Part shown: piece after piece, positions 48,472 to 57,309 of the stretch
How the letters are laid out: every line of letters begins with the position of its first letter
How positions within the stretch are numbered: the stretch's first letter is position 1
Notes under the pieces: model-generated
Seen by the model: the letters and a program-made list of their open reading frames with translations, nothing else
Told to the model about the DNA's origin: nothing
Databases searched by the model: none
Made by a program: the position numbers and the translations under genes
From: Vulcanimicrobiota bacterium
GTDB lineage: Bacteria; Vulcanimicrobiota; Vulcanimicrobiia; Eremiobacterales; Eremiobacteraceae
Assembly: GCA_963805945.1 (NCBI GenBank)
Contig: CAWDVP010000002.1
Span: forward strand, 320,001-384,000
Length of the DNA: 64,000 nt
Direction: 5' to 3'

Positions 48472-49887
48472 TTGCAGGAGTCGTCGTCGCGCGGCCTGCA
48501 TGGAGTGCCCGTGCGAATCGTCTGGATCGCAAGCGCCGTCTTCGCCGTGGTGCTCACGGCGCTCGGCGCGGTCCGCTATCTCACGTATCATTCCGGCGCG
48601 GACCTCGGCGTCTTCGTGCAGTCGATGGTCTCCGGCATCAGCCTTCCCAACCGGCCCGAGGGCGGCAGCCACTTCGTCCACCACTTCTCGCCGCTGCTGT
48701 ACGCGGTCGTGCCGCTGCTGCGCGCGCTGCGCTCGCCGCTCGTGCTCATCGCGTTGCAGGCGTGCGCAGGCGCGCTGGTCGCGCCGGCGATCTTCTTATT
48801 CGCGCGCAAGCGCATGGACGAAGGCCTCGCGACGCTCGTCGCGCTCACGACGCTCGTCTATCCACCGCTCGTCGGAGTGGTCTTCACCGACTTCCACGAG
48901 AACGGGTTCGCGATGGCGGCGGCCGCGTGGCTCGTATGGGCGGTGGATGGCCGGCGCTGGGCGCTCGCCGCGCTGTTCGCCGCGCTCGCGCTCGGGATCA
49001 AAGAGGATCAGGCCTTTATCCTCGCCGTGCTCGGGCTGCTGTTCGCGGCGTACTCGCTGCGCAAGGCCGACCGCGACGGCGCGGTCTTCGGCGGAGGCGT
49101 TGCCGCAGTCTCGATCGCGACGATCGTGTTCTACTTCGCGCTCATCAGGCCGATGGCCGGTGGCACCGGCACGTGGTTCGCGCTCGACTATTACCGCGCG
49201 GTGACGCCGGACACCGCGATCGGGTTCGCCGCCGTCTACGAACGGCTGAGCTACATCCTCGAGGCGTTCGGACCGCTGCTGTTCCTGCCGTGGGGAACGC
49301 GCTGGATCGCGCTCGCGCTGCCGGGCTTCATCGAGGTGCTGTCGCCGAAGTGGACGATCACCTACACGATGGGCCAGCACTACGCCGCGGTGTGGATCCC
49401 GTACGTGCTCATCGCGTTCGCGATCGCCGTGGCGTTGATCGCATCCGCGCGCCCCGCCATGGCGCGGGCGCTGGTCGTCACCTGCATCGCGATATGCCTC
49501 ATCGTCCTCGCGGCCGCGAGCCCGACGCATTGGGGTCACTACCTGCGCGCGCGCACCGCGCACGACGCGTCGCTCGACCGGATCATCGCGCTCGTGCCCG
49601 ACGGGGCGAGCGTCGCATCGTCCGACGAGGTGTACGCGCACATGTCGCTCAACCCGAACGCGCGCATCGGCATGGATGTGACGCCCGAGTACTTCGTCTA
49701 CGATTCGCATTATGACAGCGCGACATGGCGCGAGAGCACCAAGCCGCGGCTCGAGGCGGTCGTGTGCGCGGGCTACTTCGCGCCGATCGCGATGGACGAC
49801 GGCGTGACGCTCTTCAAGCGCGTCATGGACGTGCCGGAGGACGTGTACGACAAGGCGCGCCGCGCGCCGCCGACCTGCACCCTATAG
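48472..49887 (+). CDS. DUF2079-like multi-TM membrane protein
   Basis: DLGVFVQS, HFSP, DFHE, KED, HYAA; alternative GTG start at 48505. Confidence 0.8.
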   Translation: MQESSSRGLHGVPVRIVWIASAVFAVVLTALGAVRYLTYHSGADLGVFVQSMVSGISLPNRPEGGSHFVHHFSPLLYAVVPLLRALRSPLVLIALQACAGALVAPAIFLFARKRMDEGLATLVALTTLVYPPLVGVVFTDFHENGFAMAAAAWLVWAVDGRRWALAALFAALALGIKEDQAFILAVLGLLFAAYSLRKADRDGAVFGGGVAAVSIATIVFYFALIRPMAGGTGTWFALDYYRAVTPDTAIGFAAVYERLSYILEAFGPLLFLPWGTRWIALALPGFIEVLSPKWTITYTMGQHYAAVWIPYVLIAFAIAVALIASARPAMARALVVTCIAICLIVLAAASPTHWGHYLRARTAHDASLDRIIALVPDGASVASSDEVYAHMSLNPNARIGMDVTPEYFVYDSHYDSATWRESTKPRLEAVVCAGYFAPIAMDDGVTLFKRVMDVPEDVYDKARRAPPTCTL

Positions 49888-49893
49888 AGCGAA

Positions 49894-49925
49894 ATGGAGC
49901 GGCCGAATCTATTCGACCGCCTACC
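49894..49925 (+). repeat. REP-like palindrome
   Basis: TGGAG-CGGCCGAAT-CT-ATTCGACCG-CCTAC (GTAG on the minus strand). Confidence 0.8.
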
Positions 49926-49926
49926 G

Positions 49927-50781
49927 CTACATCTGCACCGCTTGGCTCGGTTTGAACTCGAAGAACATGAAGTCACGCGTCTGGCCGGCCGCCTCGACGT
50001 TCGAGAAGGTGTAGGTCACGCCGTCGTACTTGCTCGCTCCCGGCATGTTGACGTACTGGTTCGCGGCGGGCGCGTATCCGCCGAGCACCATCGACGCCGT
50101 CGTCCACTCGCTGTCGATGAGCCAGCGGCCGCGGTTGATCGTATAGCTGATGGTCCAGGGCACCGACGTCGCTTTGCCGCTGCCGAAGACGCCTGCGGAG
50201 GCGATCTGCCACACCGCGGAGCTCTCGGCATCCACCCATAGCTCGCGCAAGCGGTTGTGCAGCGGCTGGCTGACGGGCGCGAGCATCAAGTGATAGACTC
50301 TGCGGCCGTGCAGCTGCTCCTCGCCTGCGAGCGAGACGTCGTACTCACGCGCGGGTGACGACGACGGCCGTAGCTCGAGCATGCCGAAGGTGTAGATCGG
50401 CGACATCTCGGGCAGCCCGAACGGCTCGTCGATGTCAGGACTGTCGCGCACCGCGACGCCTTTTAGCTTGAGCGTGAATTTGTACGGGTTGTCGGGCTGA
50501 TTGGTCGTCGAGATGGGCTTCGAGTACGTGACGACGCGGTCGTCGCGCGTGCGGCACACCGATTGGAACTGCTCGACGAGCCAGCGGTTCTTCACCGGCG
50601 TGCGGACGGTGATCACGTACGAGAGGTAAGGCGGATAGCGCTGCGCCCGCACGAAGCCGAGCGCGCGGTCGAATATCTGGCCCGCGGTCGGCGGAGTTTT
50701 GGGGTTCGCGGCCGCAGCGGGAAGCCACGTGCCGAGCACCGCGGCGACCGCGAGCGCAAGGGCGGAGCCGGCGCGCGTCAT
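49927..50781 (-). CDS. Hypothetical secreted protein
   Basis: Signal peptide; YDVSLAGEE..VYHLMLAP..RLRELWVD; last gene of the minus-strand operon. Confidence 0.7.
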   Translation of the reverse strand: MTRAGSALALAVAAVLGTWLPAAAANPKTPPTAGQIFDRALGFVRAQRYPPYLSYVITVRTPVKNRWLVEQFQSVCRTRDDRVVTYSKPISTTNQPDNPYKFTLKLKGVAVRDSPDIDEPFGLPEMSPIYTFGMLELRPSSSPAREYDVSLAGEEQLHGRRVYHLMLAPVSQPLHNRLRELWVDAESSAVWQIASAGVFGSGKATSVPWTISYTINRGRWLIDSEWTTASMVLGGYAPAANQYVNMPGASKYDGVTYTFSNVEAAGQTRDFMFFEFKPSQAVQM

Positions 50782-50787
50782 GGCTGC

Positions 50788-51861
50788 TTAGCGCAGCGCC
50801 CGGACGAGATCCGGAGGCGCGATGACGTAGACGGTGCCGTTCGAGCCCGCCAGCCACGCATGCGCGAACTGCGCGCGCTTGTAGACGCGGCGGATCGCGC
50901 CCGGTTCGCCATAAGGATCGTTGACGATGACGTCGCCCGACGGCGTGAAGCCGCGGATGACGAGCAGATGACCGGCGGTCTTCGGATACGGGGCTCCATC
51001 GAGTTCGTGCGGCTGCACGGCGATGGACGCGATAACCGGGATGCCGCGCGACACGAGCAGCGCGACGTCGTCGAGCGATGGGAACTGGCGCACGAATCCC
51101 GCGAGACCGTGCTCCGAGACGAAGGCGACGTTGAACGGCCAGTTGCCGCACCCGTCGTACACCGGATCGTACACGCCGTCGGCGACCGCCGCGACGTCCA
51201 CGTCCCATTGCGGATGGCCGGTCGAGCGCGCCCAGTACGCCATCACCATCGAGACGCTCGTCGGACTGCACCACGAGTCGCCGCCGCCGCCTTTCGCGTC
51301 CGACGACGTCGCGATGCGCTGCGTCCGCTCCGGCACGGGCAGCTCGCGCGCCGCGCCGGCGGGTGCGCGGCCATCCGTGACGCCGTCCGGCGCCAGCGAC
51401 GTGGCGACCGCGAGCAGCCGCAGCGCGGGCGGTCGTCCATCGGCGCCCGCGATCGGCGTCGCGCGCACGGCGAAGGCGTCCGCGGCATGGGTGAGCGTGA
51501 GCGTGTCGGTGTCGACGTCACCGTCCGCGTCCCTCTGGCCTGCGGTCGAACGGCGTTCGCTCGCGACCGTAGCGCTCCACAGGCCCATCGAATACCACTT
51601 CGTCCAACGGCCGCCGACGCGGGCGCGCAGATCGATCGCGAGCGCCGAACCGCCGCTCGTGCTCACGTTCCACGAGACGACCACAGCGGTGAAGCCGCCG
51701 GCGACCTCGGTCACGGCCGTCTCGAGCGGCAATGCCGGCGCGCGCTCGTACTGCTCGATCCACACGCGGTCGTTCGGGTCGGGGCCGGACGGTGATGCCG
51801 CGCTCACGAGCGCGCTCGCCAGCGCGACGCAGCCGAGACCGGCATGCTTCAGATTTCCCAT
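50788..51861 (-). CDS. Peptidase C39-like family protein, secreted
   Basis: ERTQR..WCSPTSVSMV, GNWPFN, PVIAS, GHLLVIRGF, VIVNDP. Confidence 0.85.
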   Translation of the reverse strand: MGNLKHAGLGCVALASALVSAASPSGPDPNDRVWIEQYERAPALPLETAVTEVAGGFTAVVVSWNVSTSGGSALAIDLRARVGGRWTKWYSMGLWSATVASERRSTAGQRDADGDVDTDTLTLTHAADAFAVRATPIAGADGRPPALRLLAVATSLAPDGVTDGRAPAGAARELPVPERTQRIATSSDAKGGGGDSWCSPTSVSMVMAYWARSTGHPQWDVDVAAVADGVYDPVYDGCGNWPFNVAFVSEHGLAGFVRQFPSLDDVALLVSRGIPVIASIAVQPHELDGAPYPKTAGHLLVIRGFTPSGDVIVNDPYGEPGAIRRVYKRAQFAHAWLAGSNGTVYVIAPPDLVRALR

Positions 51862-53472
51862 TCCCAGCAGTTCCAGAAATCCGTGATGACAGGCGACATC
51901 TTGAAATGGCGCAGATCCGCGTTCGCCGCGACGACGCTCTTATCCCAATACACGACGACCGCCGGTACCTCATCGAGCATGATGGCCCAGGCGCGCTCGT
52001 AGTCGCGGCGGCGCACCGCTTGGTCGCTCTGTCGCTGTGCGTCGCGCAGCAGCGCATCGACCCGCGGGTTGCAGTAGAAGTCCGTATTGGCGCCCTGGGG
52101 CGGGAAATAATCGCAGCCCCACGATCCGATATCGTCCGGGTCGGTGCCCCTCGGTATTGACGATCCACGCCATGTCGTAGGTGCCGCCGTACAGCGGTCC
52201 GTGCTCCGCGAACAGCAGCGCGCCCGCGTAGTTCTTGACGCGCAGCTCGACGCCGATCTGCTTGAGCTGCTCGGCGATCATCGCCTCCGCCGACTCGCCG
52301 GCGCGGTTGCCGGCCGCGCTCGAGATCGACAGCGACAAACGCGTGCCGGCCTTGACGCGGATCCCGTCTGCGCCGGCTTGCCAGCCGGCGGCGTCGAGCA
52401 AGCGCCGCGCCTCCGCCGGATCGTAAGGGATCGGCGCGAGGTCGTTCGCCGCCCAGGAGAACGGCGGGATGTCGGTCGCCGCACGGACGCCGTAGCCCGC
52501 GTAGATCGTGTTGATGATGCGCTCGTAGTCGATGCCACGAGCGACGGCGCGGCGCACCGCGACGTCGGCGAGCAGCGGGTTGCGCAGGTTGAAATCGAGA
52601 TGGCGGTAGTTCGCCGTCACCTGCGTGTAGACGCGGATGCCTTGGATGTCGGGGAGATCGCGGATCAGCGGTTTGCTGATGCCGTCGACGAGGTCGATCT
52701 CGTGGGTCCGCAAGAGCTGCACGGCGGTGTTGGTGTTGGGGATGATCTTGATGTGGATGTGGTCGAGGCGCGGCCGGCCGCGCCAGTAGCGCGGGTTGGC
52801 GGCGAAGACGAGATCCGAGCCATGCTGCCACTGCTCGAGCACGAACGGTCCGTCGCCGATCGGCGCGGCATCGTACGGGATGTCGTTGAGCGTGCGCAGG
52901 CCGGTGAGCAGATGCGCGGGCAGCGGCGGGAAGTCGCCTTCGGAGAATAGGTAGACCGCAGGGCCGAAGGGCTCTTTGAGCACCACCGTGACCTGATGCG
53001 GGTTGTCGGCGAGGATCGTCTTGATCTTGTCGAAACCCGACGTGCGCACGACCGGGTTGTCGCCGCTCATGATCGCGCGCCAGGTGAAGATGACGTCGTT
53101 CGCGGTGACCGGCGCGCCGTCCGACCACAGCGCGGGCCGCAGCTTGAAGGTGATGCGCAAGCCGTCCTTGCTGATGAGGCCGTTGCGCGCCGTGGGAAAT
53201 TCGGTCGCCAGCCCCGGCACCGGGCGCTCGTGCTCGTCGAAGCGGAAGAACGGCTCGAAGAGCAAGGCGGTGACGTCGTCGGCGGAGGCCTGATTCGAGA
53301 ACATGCGCACGAGCGTGTTCGGCTCTTCGGCTTCAGCGATGCGGACGACGCCATGGATCGTCCACGGATTGCCGTGATCGCCGGTGCCGGCGCTCTGCGT
53401 GCCGGTCTTGGAACACGCGGCGACGAGCAAAGCCATCGTGATGACAAAGGCGACGGCGCCCGCTCGGAACAC
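51849..53472 (-). CDS. Peptide ABC transporter substrate-binding lipoprotein (family 5), frameshifted near C-terminus
   Basis: Lipobox LVAA-C, WSDGAPVTANDV.FT, PIGDGPF, VRRAVARGID; true end WNCWEWEI*. Confidence 0.9.
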
Positions 53473-54554
53473 TACAACGCCGCTCTAGCGGCGCGCGAGC
53501 GCCACTTGGGCGTGTTCCGCGCCGCTTCGCGCACGGCCGACCATAACGCTGCGCCGCCGAAACGCACCACGTCGTCGGCCGGCAGACCGGTCTGCGCACG
53601 CGCTCCCGCGATGGCGGCCTTCGCCGCGGCATCGCCGAGGCTCGCGGTGTTGACGGCGATCGCGCAGCAGCGCGCGGGCTTGACGGGAGCGAGCAGCGCC
53701 TCGTACGCGCGGACGATCTCGGGCAGCGGCGGCAGCGGCACGTCGTACTCCTCGATCGCGGTGCGGTCGGCGTCGACGCACAGCACGAGCAGGTCAGGAG
53801 CGCAGCCGAAGAGCAGGCCCACCGTCACCGGCGCGTAGGCCGGATGATAGATGCTCCCTTGGCCTTCGACGAGCGTCACGTCGGTGTCGGGGGCGACGCC
53901 GAGCACCAGCCGCTCCGCTGCGCCGGTGATGAAATCCGAGATGACGCGGTCGACCGCGATCCCCTTCCCCGCGATGAGCACGCCCGTCTGTCCGGTCGCG
54001 ACGAATTCGGCGCGATCGCCGGCCGCAGAAGCGGCGCGCGCGAGTTCGATCATGACGGTCTTCTTGCCGACCGCGCAATCGCTGCCGACCGCGAGCACGA
54101 CTGTCTGCGGTGCGCGATACGCGGCGCCGGAGAAGAGCGGTATGTCGTCCGGCGGCACGCGCACGTCCCACAGCCGCGACCCGCTCGCGCGGGCGCGCGC
54201 GACGAACTCGGGGTCAGCGTTGAGCAGCTGGTGCAGCCCGCTCACGATCTCGAGCTTCGCGTCGATCGCGTCGAGGATCTGCGGCCGGAACGCCGGTGGG
54301 ATGAAGCCGCCTTGGTTGGCGACGCCGAGCAGCAAGGCCGTCGGGTGATAGACAAGAGCGTCGCGCAGCGAGGCGACGATCGGCGCTGCGCGGCCGAGGC
54401 GCGGCAGGACGTCGCGCAGATCGCGTCCGGCGAACTGCGAGTCGATGACGGCGGCGATATCGTCGCGTCCGTATTGCAGCACGCCGTGCGCGGTCTTGGC
54501 GCGCCGGTCGAGCAGATGCCCTTCCGTGAGGATCGCGTAGCGGCGGGGCGGCAT
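53472..54554 (-). CDS. DUF1611 family protein (DgcN-like)
   Basis: AKTAHG, SGLH, GSDCAVGKKT, ATGQTG, EGQGSIYHP. Confidence 0.9.
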   Translation of the reverse strand: MPPRRYAILTEGHLLDRRAKTAHGVLQYGRDDIAAVIDSQFAGRDLRDVLPRLGRAAPIVASLRDALVYHPTALLLGVANQGGFIPPAFRPQILDAIDAKLEIVSGLHQLLNADPEFVARARASGSRLWDVRVPPDDIPLFSGAAYRAPQTVVLAVGSDCAVGKKTVMIELARAASAAGDRAEFVATGQTGVLIAGKGIAVDRVISDFITGAAERLVLGVAPDTDVTLVEGQGSIYHPAYAPVTVGLLFGCAPDLLVLCVDADRTAIEEYDVPLPPLPEIVRAYEALLAPVKPARCCAIAVNTASLGDAAAKAAIAGARAQTGLPADDVVRFGGAALWSAVREAARNTPKWRSRAARAAL

Positions 54555-54563
54555 GAAAAGTGT

Positions 54564-55586
54564 TTACGCCGCGGTTCGCGCGCGGACCCCCAGGCCGGGC
54601 CGGTCGGGCAGGCGCAACGATGCGCCGTCATAGGTCACACCTTCGAACGGATCGTCCACGACGAGCAGCGGGCCGTCGATGTCGGCGTAGTCGGCGAGCG
54701 GCGTGAGATGGGCCGCCGCCGTCGCGAGCACCGATGACTCGACCATGCACCCGAGCATCACCTTGAGCGTGGCGGCGCGCGCCGCGCGGATCATGCGTGC
54801 GGCTTCACGCATGCCGCCGCACTTGACGAGTTTGACGTTGATGCCGCTCACGCAGCCGGCGAGACGCGGCACGTCGTCGGCGGTCACCGAGTCCTCGTCG
54901 GTGAAGATCGGGATCGGCGAACGCTCGTGCACGTAGCGCAGCCGCTCGGGATGGCCGGCCGGCACCGGCTGCTCGCAGAACTCGATGTCGTAGCGCTGCG
55001 CCTGGCGCAGCAGCCCGACCGCTTGCTCCGGCGACCAGCCTTCGTTCGCATCGACGCGGATGACGCCGGTATAGAAGGAGCGGATCGCGTCGAGCGTCTC
55101 GAGCTCGCTGCCTGCGCCGAGCTTGACCTTGAGGATGGGCATGTGCGCGGCTTCGCGCACCTTGGCGAGGGTCGTCTCGAGATCGGCGATGCCGATGGTG
55201 AACGAGGTCGGCTTCGTCTGCGCCGGATCCAGGCCGAAGAGGGCGTACGCCGGGACGCCCATCACGAGACCGGCGTGGTCGTGCAACGCGAGATCGAGCG
55301 CGCACATGGCGCCGCGTTGCGACGGCGGCACGCGTGCCAGCGTCGCCTCCAGGTCGAGCAGATTCGCGTCTGCGAGGGAGATGCCGCGCAGCTGCTGCGC
55401 GATGAGGTCGACGCTTTCGCCGTAGCGGCTCGAGGGCGTCACCTCGCCGAGCGCCTCGACACCGCCGGCGTGCAGCCGCACGATCAGGCTCTCGGAGACG
55501 TCCTCAAATCCGCGCGCGATGGCGAAGCGATGCCGCAACCGCAGCGCGATAGGCTCGAGCACCAGGCTTGGCACGGCTGGATCCAT
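54564..55586 (-). CDS. Dipeptide epimerase (L-Ala-D/L-Glu epimerase, enolase superfamily)
   Basis: FAIARG, KVKLG, RVDANEGW, EQP, DEDS, NVKLVKCGG, GCMVES, DIDG. Confidence 0.92.
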   Translation of the reverse strand: MDPAVPSLVLEPIALRLRHRFAIARGFEDVSESLIVRLHAGGVEALGEVTPSSRYGESVDLIAQQLRGISLADANLLDLEATLARVPPSQRGAMCALDLALHDHAGLVMGVPAYALFGLDPAQTKPTSFTIGIADLETTLAKVREAAHMPILKVKLGAGSELETLDAIRSFYTGVIRVDANEGWSPEQAVGLLRQAQRYDIEFCEQPVPAGHPERLRYVHERSPIPIFTDEDSVTADDVPRLAGCVSGINVKLVKCGGMREAARMIRAARAATLKVMLGCMVESSVLATAAAHLTPLADYADIDGPLLVVDDPFEGVTYDGASLRLPDRPGLGVRARTAA

Positions 55587-55641
55587 TCGACCGCGCTAGT
55601 TGACGTTCAGCCGCTCCGGGGCCTGCGCTGCGCGAGATGCT

Positions 55642-56313
55642 TCAGGCGACCAGCGTGGTCTGAATCTCGCCCAACGGCGGATAACGCCGCGACAAGTCCG
55701 ACGGATCGTCGAAGATCGCGCTTGCGCCGCGCAATGCGCTATCCGGCCAGCCGCCGCAGCGCAACGCGATGCAGGGCACCCGCGCGCGCAGCGCAGCCTC
55801 GATGTCGTAGGGCGTGTCGCCGACCATGACCGCCTCACCGTGTTGGACGCCCAGCCGATCGAGCGCGGCTTGCACGATATCCGGATATGATGTGCCGTTC
55901 GCCGAGTCCGAACCCGTCGCTGTCGCATCGAAGCAGCCCTCGAGGCCGCCGGCCCTGAACAACGCCTCCACTTCGTCGTGCTCCGCGGATGAGGCGAGCG
56001 CCAGCTTCAGCCCTCTCGCGCGTGTGAGTGTGATGAGTTCCTTAGCGCCTGGGGTCGGCCGGACGTCGGCGAGGTACTTCGAGAGCAAGGCATCTTTGCG
56101 GGCTCGCTTCACGGCGTCACCCTTGGCGGACGACAGGCCCGGAGCGAGGCGGGCGATGATCTTGTCAGCGCTCATGCCGATGAGCGAACGTATCTGCTCG
56201 AAGGGCACTCGTATGCCGGAATCACCGAACGCTCTGGCCCAAGCGCGCGCCTGCGCGGCGTTGCTGGACACGAGCGTGCCGTCGAGATCGAAGAGAATAG
56301 CGCTGAGCTGCAT
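55642..56313 (-). CDS. HAD family hydrolase
   Basis: FDLDGTLVSSN, LASSA, VGDTPYD. Confidence 0.9.
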   Translation of the reverse strand: MQLSAILFDLDGTLVSSNAAQARAWARAFGDSGIRVPFEQIRSLIGMSADKIIARLAPGLSSAKGDAVKRARKDALLSKYLADVRPTPGAKELITLTRARGLKLALASSAEHDEVEALFRAGGLEGCFDATATGSDSANGTSYPDIVQAALDRLGVQHGEAVMVGDTPYDIEAALRARVPCIALRCGGWPDSALRGASAIFDDPSDLSRRYPPLGEIQTTLVA

Positions 56314-56385
56314 GCTGCCGTTGCCTTTTTTCCTTTAGAGAGGTGAGCACAGACACCCGAAGCTGAGCTCGGGTGTCTGATCCCG

Positions 56386-56410
56386 CCCGCGCTCGCAAGC
56401 GCGGGACTAC
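56386..56410 (-). repeat. GTAG-type REP-like palindrome; adjacent hairpin at 56351-56378
   Basis: Minus strand GTAG-T-CCCGCGCT-TGCG-AGCGCGGG. Confidence 0.5.
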
Positions 56411-56423
56411 GCGCGCGTGGAGA

Positions 56424-56687
56424 TCAGGTCGTGACGCGTCGACCCGTGAGCGCTCGGACGATGAGCAGCAAGACCACGCTGCCGACGAACGCCACCAGAA
56501 TGCTCCAGATGTTGAGTCCCGTCGCGCCCGAGTGGCCGAAGTAGTTGAAGAGCCAGCCGCCGACGATAGCGCCGATGACGCCGACGATCAGGTCGCCGAG
56601 CACGCCGCCAGGGCCTTCGCCCGGGACGACGTTCTTGGCGAGGAAACCGGCGACGATGCCGACGATGATCCAGGCAAGAATATCCAT
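56424..56687 (-). CDS. GlsB/YeaQ/YmgE family stress-response membrane protein
   Basis: MDILAWIIVGIVAGFLAK..PGEGPGG..GDLIVGVIGA; SD AAGGAG. Confidence 0.92.
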   Translation of the reverse strand: MDILAWIIVGIVAGFLAKNVVPGEGPGGVLGDLIVGVIGAIVGGWLFNYFGHSGATGLNIWSILVAFVGSVVLLLIVRALTGRRVTT

Positions 56688-56737
56688 GAGTGAACTCCTT
56701 CAGCGATCTATGATGATGAGACTTGATCACTCACAGT

Positions 56738-56763
56738 ATTCCCGCTTCCATCGCTCGCTAAAC
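56738..56763 (-). promoter_or_regulatory. SigB/SigF-type general stress promoter
   Basis: Minus strand GTTTAG-14 nt-GGGAAT. Confidence 0.6.
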
Positions 56764-56811
56764 ACGCGATGAGAGGGACGAGCGTTTTCGCTGTGGCGGC
56801 TTATGCGGCGG

Positions 56812-57234
56812 TCAGGAAGAAGATGGACTGGTGCGTGGCATCGCGAGCGAGATGATCCACAGCGGACCGATCAGCAGATGCACCAGGTTGTGCAAGAACG
56901 CCGGACTCTTGCCTTCGTAGCGGTGGCCGACGAACTGGAAGATCCAGCCGACGACGAAGGCGCCGACCGCGACCGGCCACGGCGTGTAGCGGCCGGCGGC
57001 GTAGAAGATGGCGAACGCGACGAGCGCGACGAGGCTGAGCTTGAGGTCGAGGCGCGCGTAGAACGCGAGCACGAGCACGCCGACCATCATCGCGAGGTCG
57101 ATCGGCCCGATCCTCACCAGCTCGAGCAAGGAGAAGATCGACCACAGGATGAGCGGTATGCCGATCTCGTGACAGATGAGGTTGCGCCGGTCGGTGTGCA
57201 CCAGCGCGTAATCGGCGAAATATCTGTCGACCAT
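56812..57234 (-). CDS. DUF962/Mpo1-like membrane protein
   Basis: YALVHTDRRNLICHEIGIP, QFVGH.YEGKSPAF, LLIGP. Confidence 0.88.
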   Translation of the reverse strand: MVDRYFADYALVHTDRRNLICHEIGIPLILWSIFSLLELVRIGPIDLAMMVGVLVLAFYARLDLKLSLVALVAFAIFYAAGRYTPWPVAVGAFVVGWIFQFVGHRYEGKSPAFLHNLVHLLIGPLWIISLAMPRTSPSSS

Positions 57235-57309
57235 GTCTGCGACGCTCCTGGCTGCGGACCTTCGCATGATGCGGGAGCCTTCCTTGGAACGGCCGAAAGA
57301 AAAGCGGCT

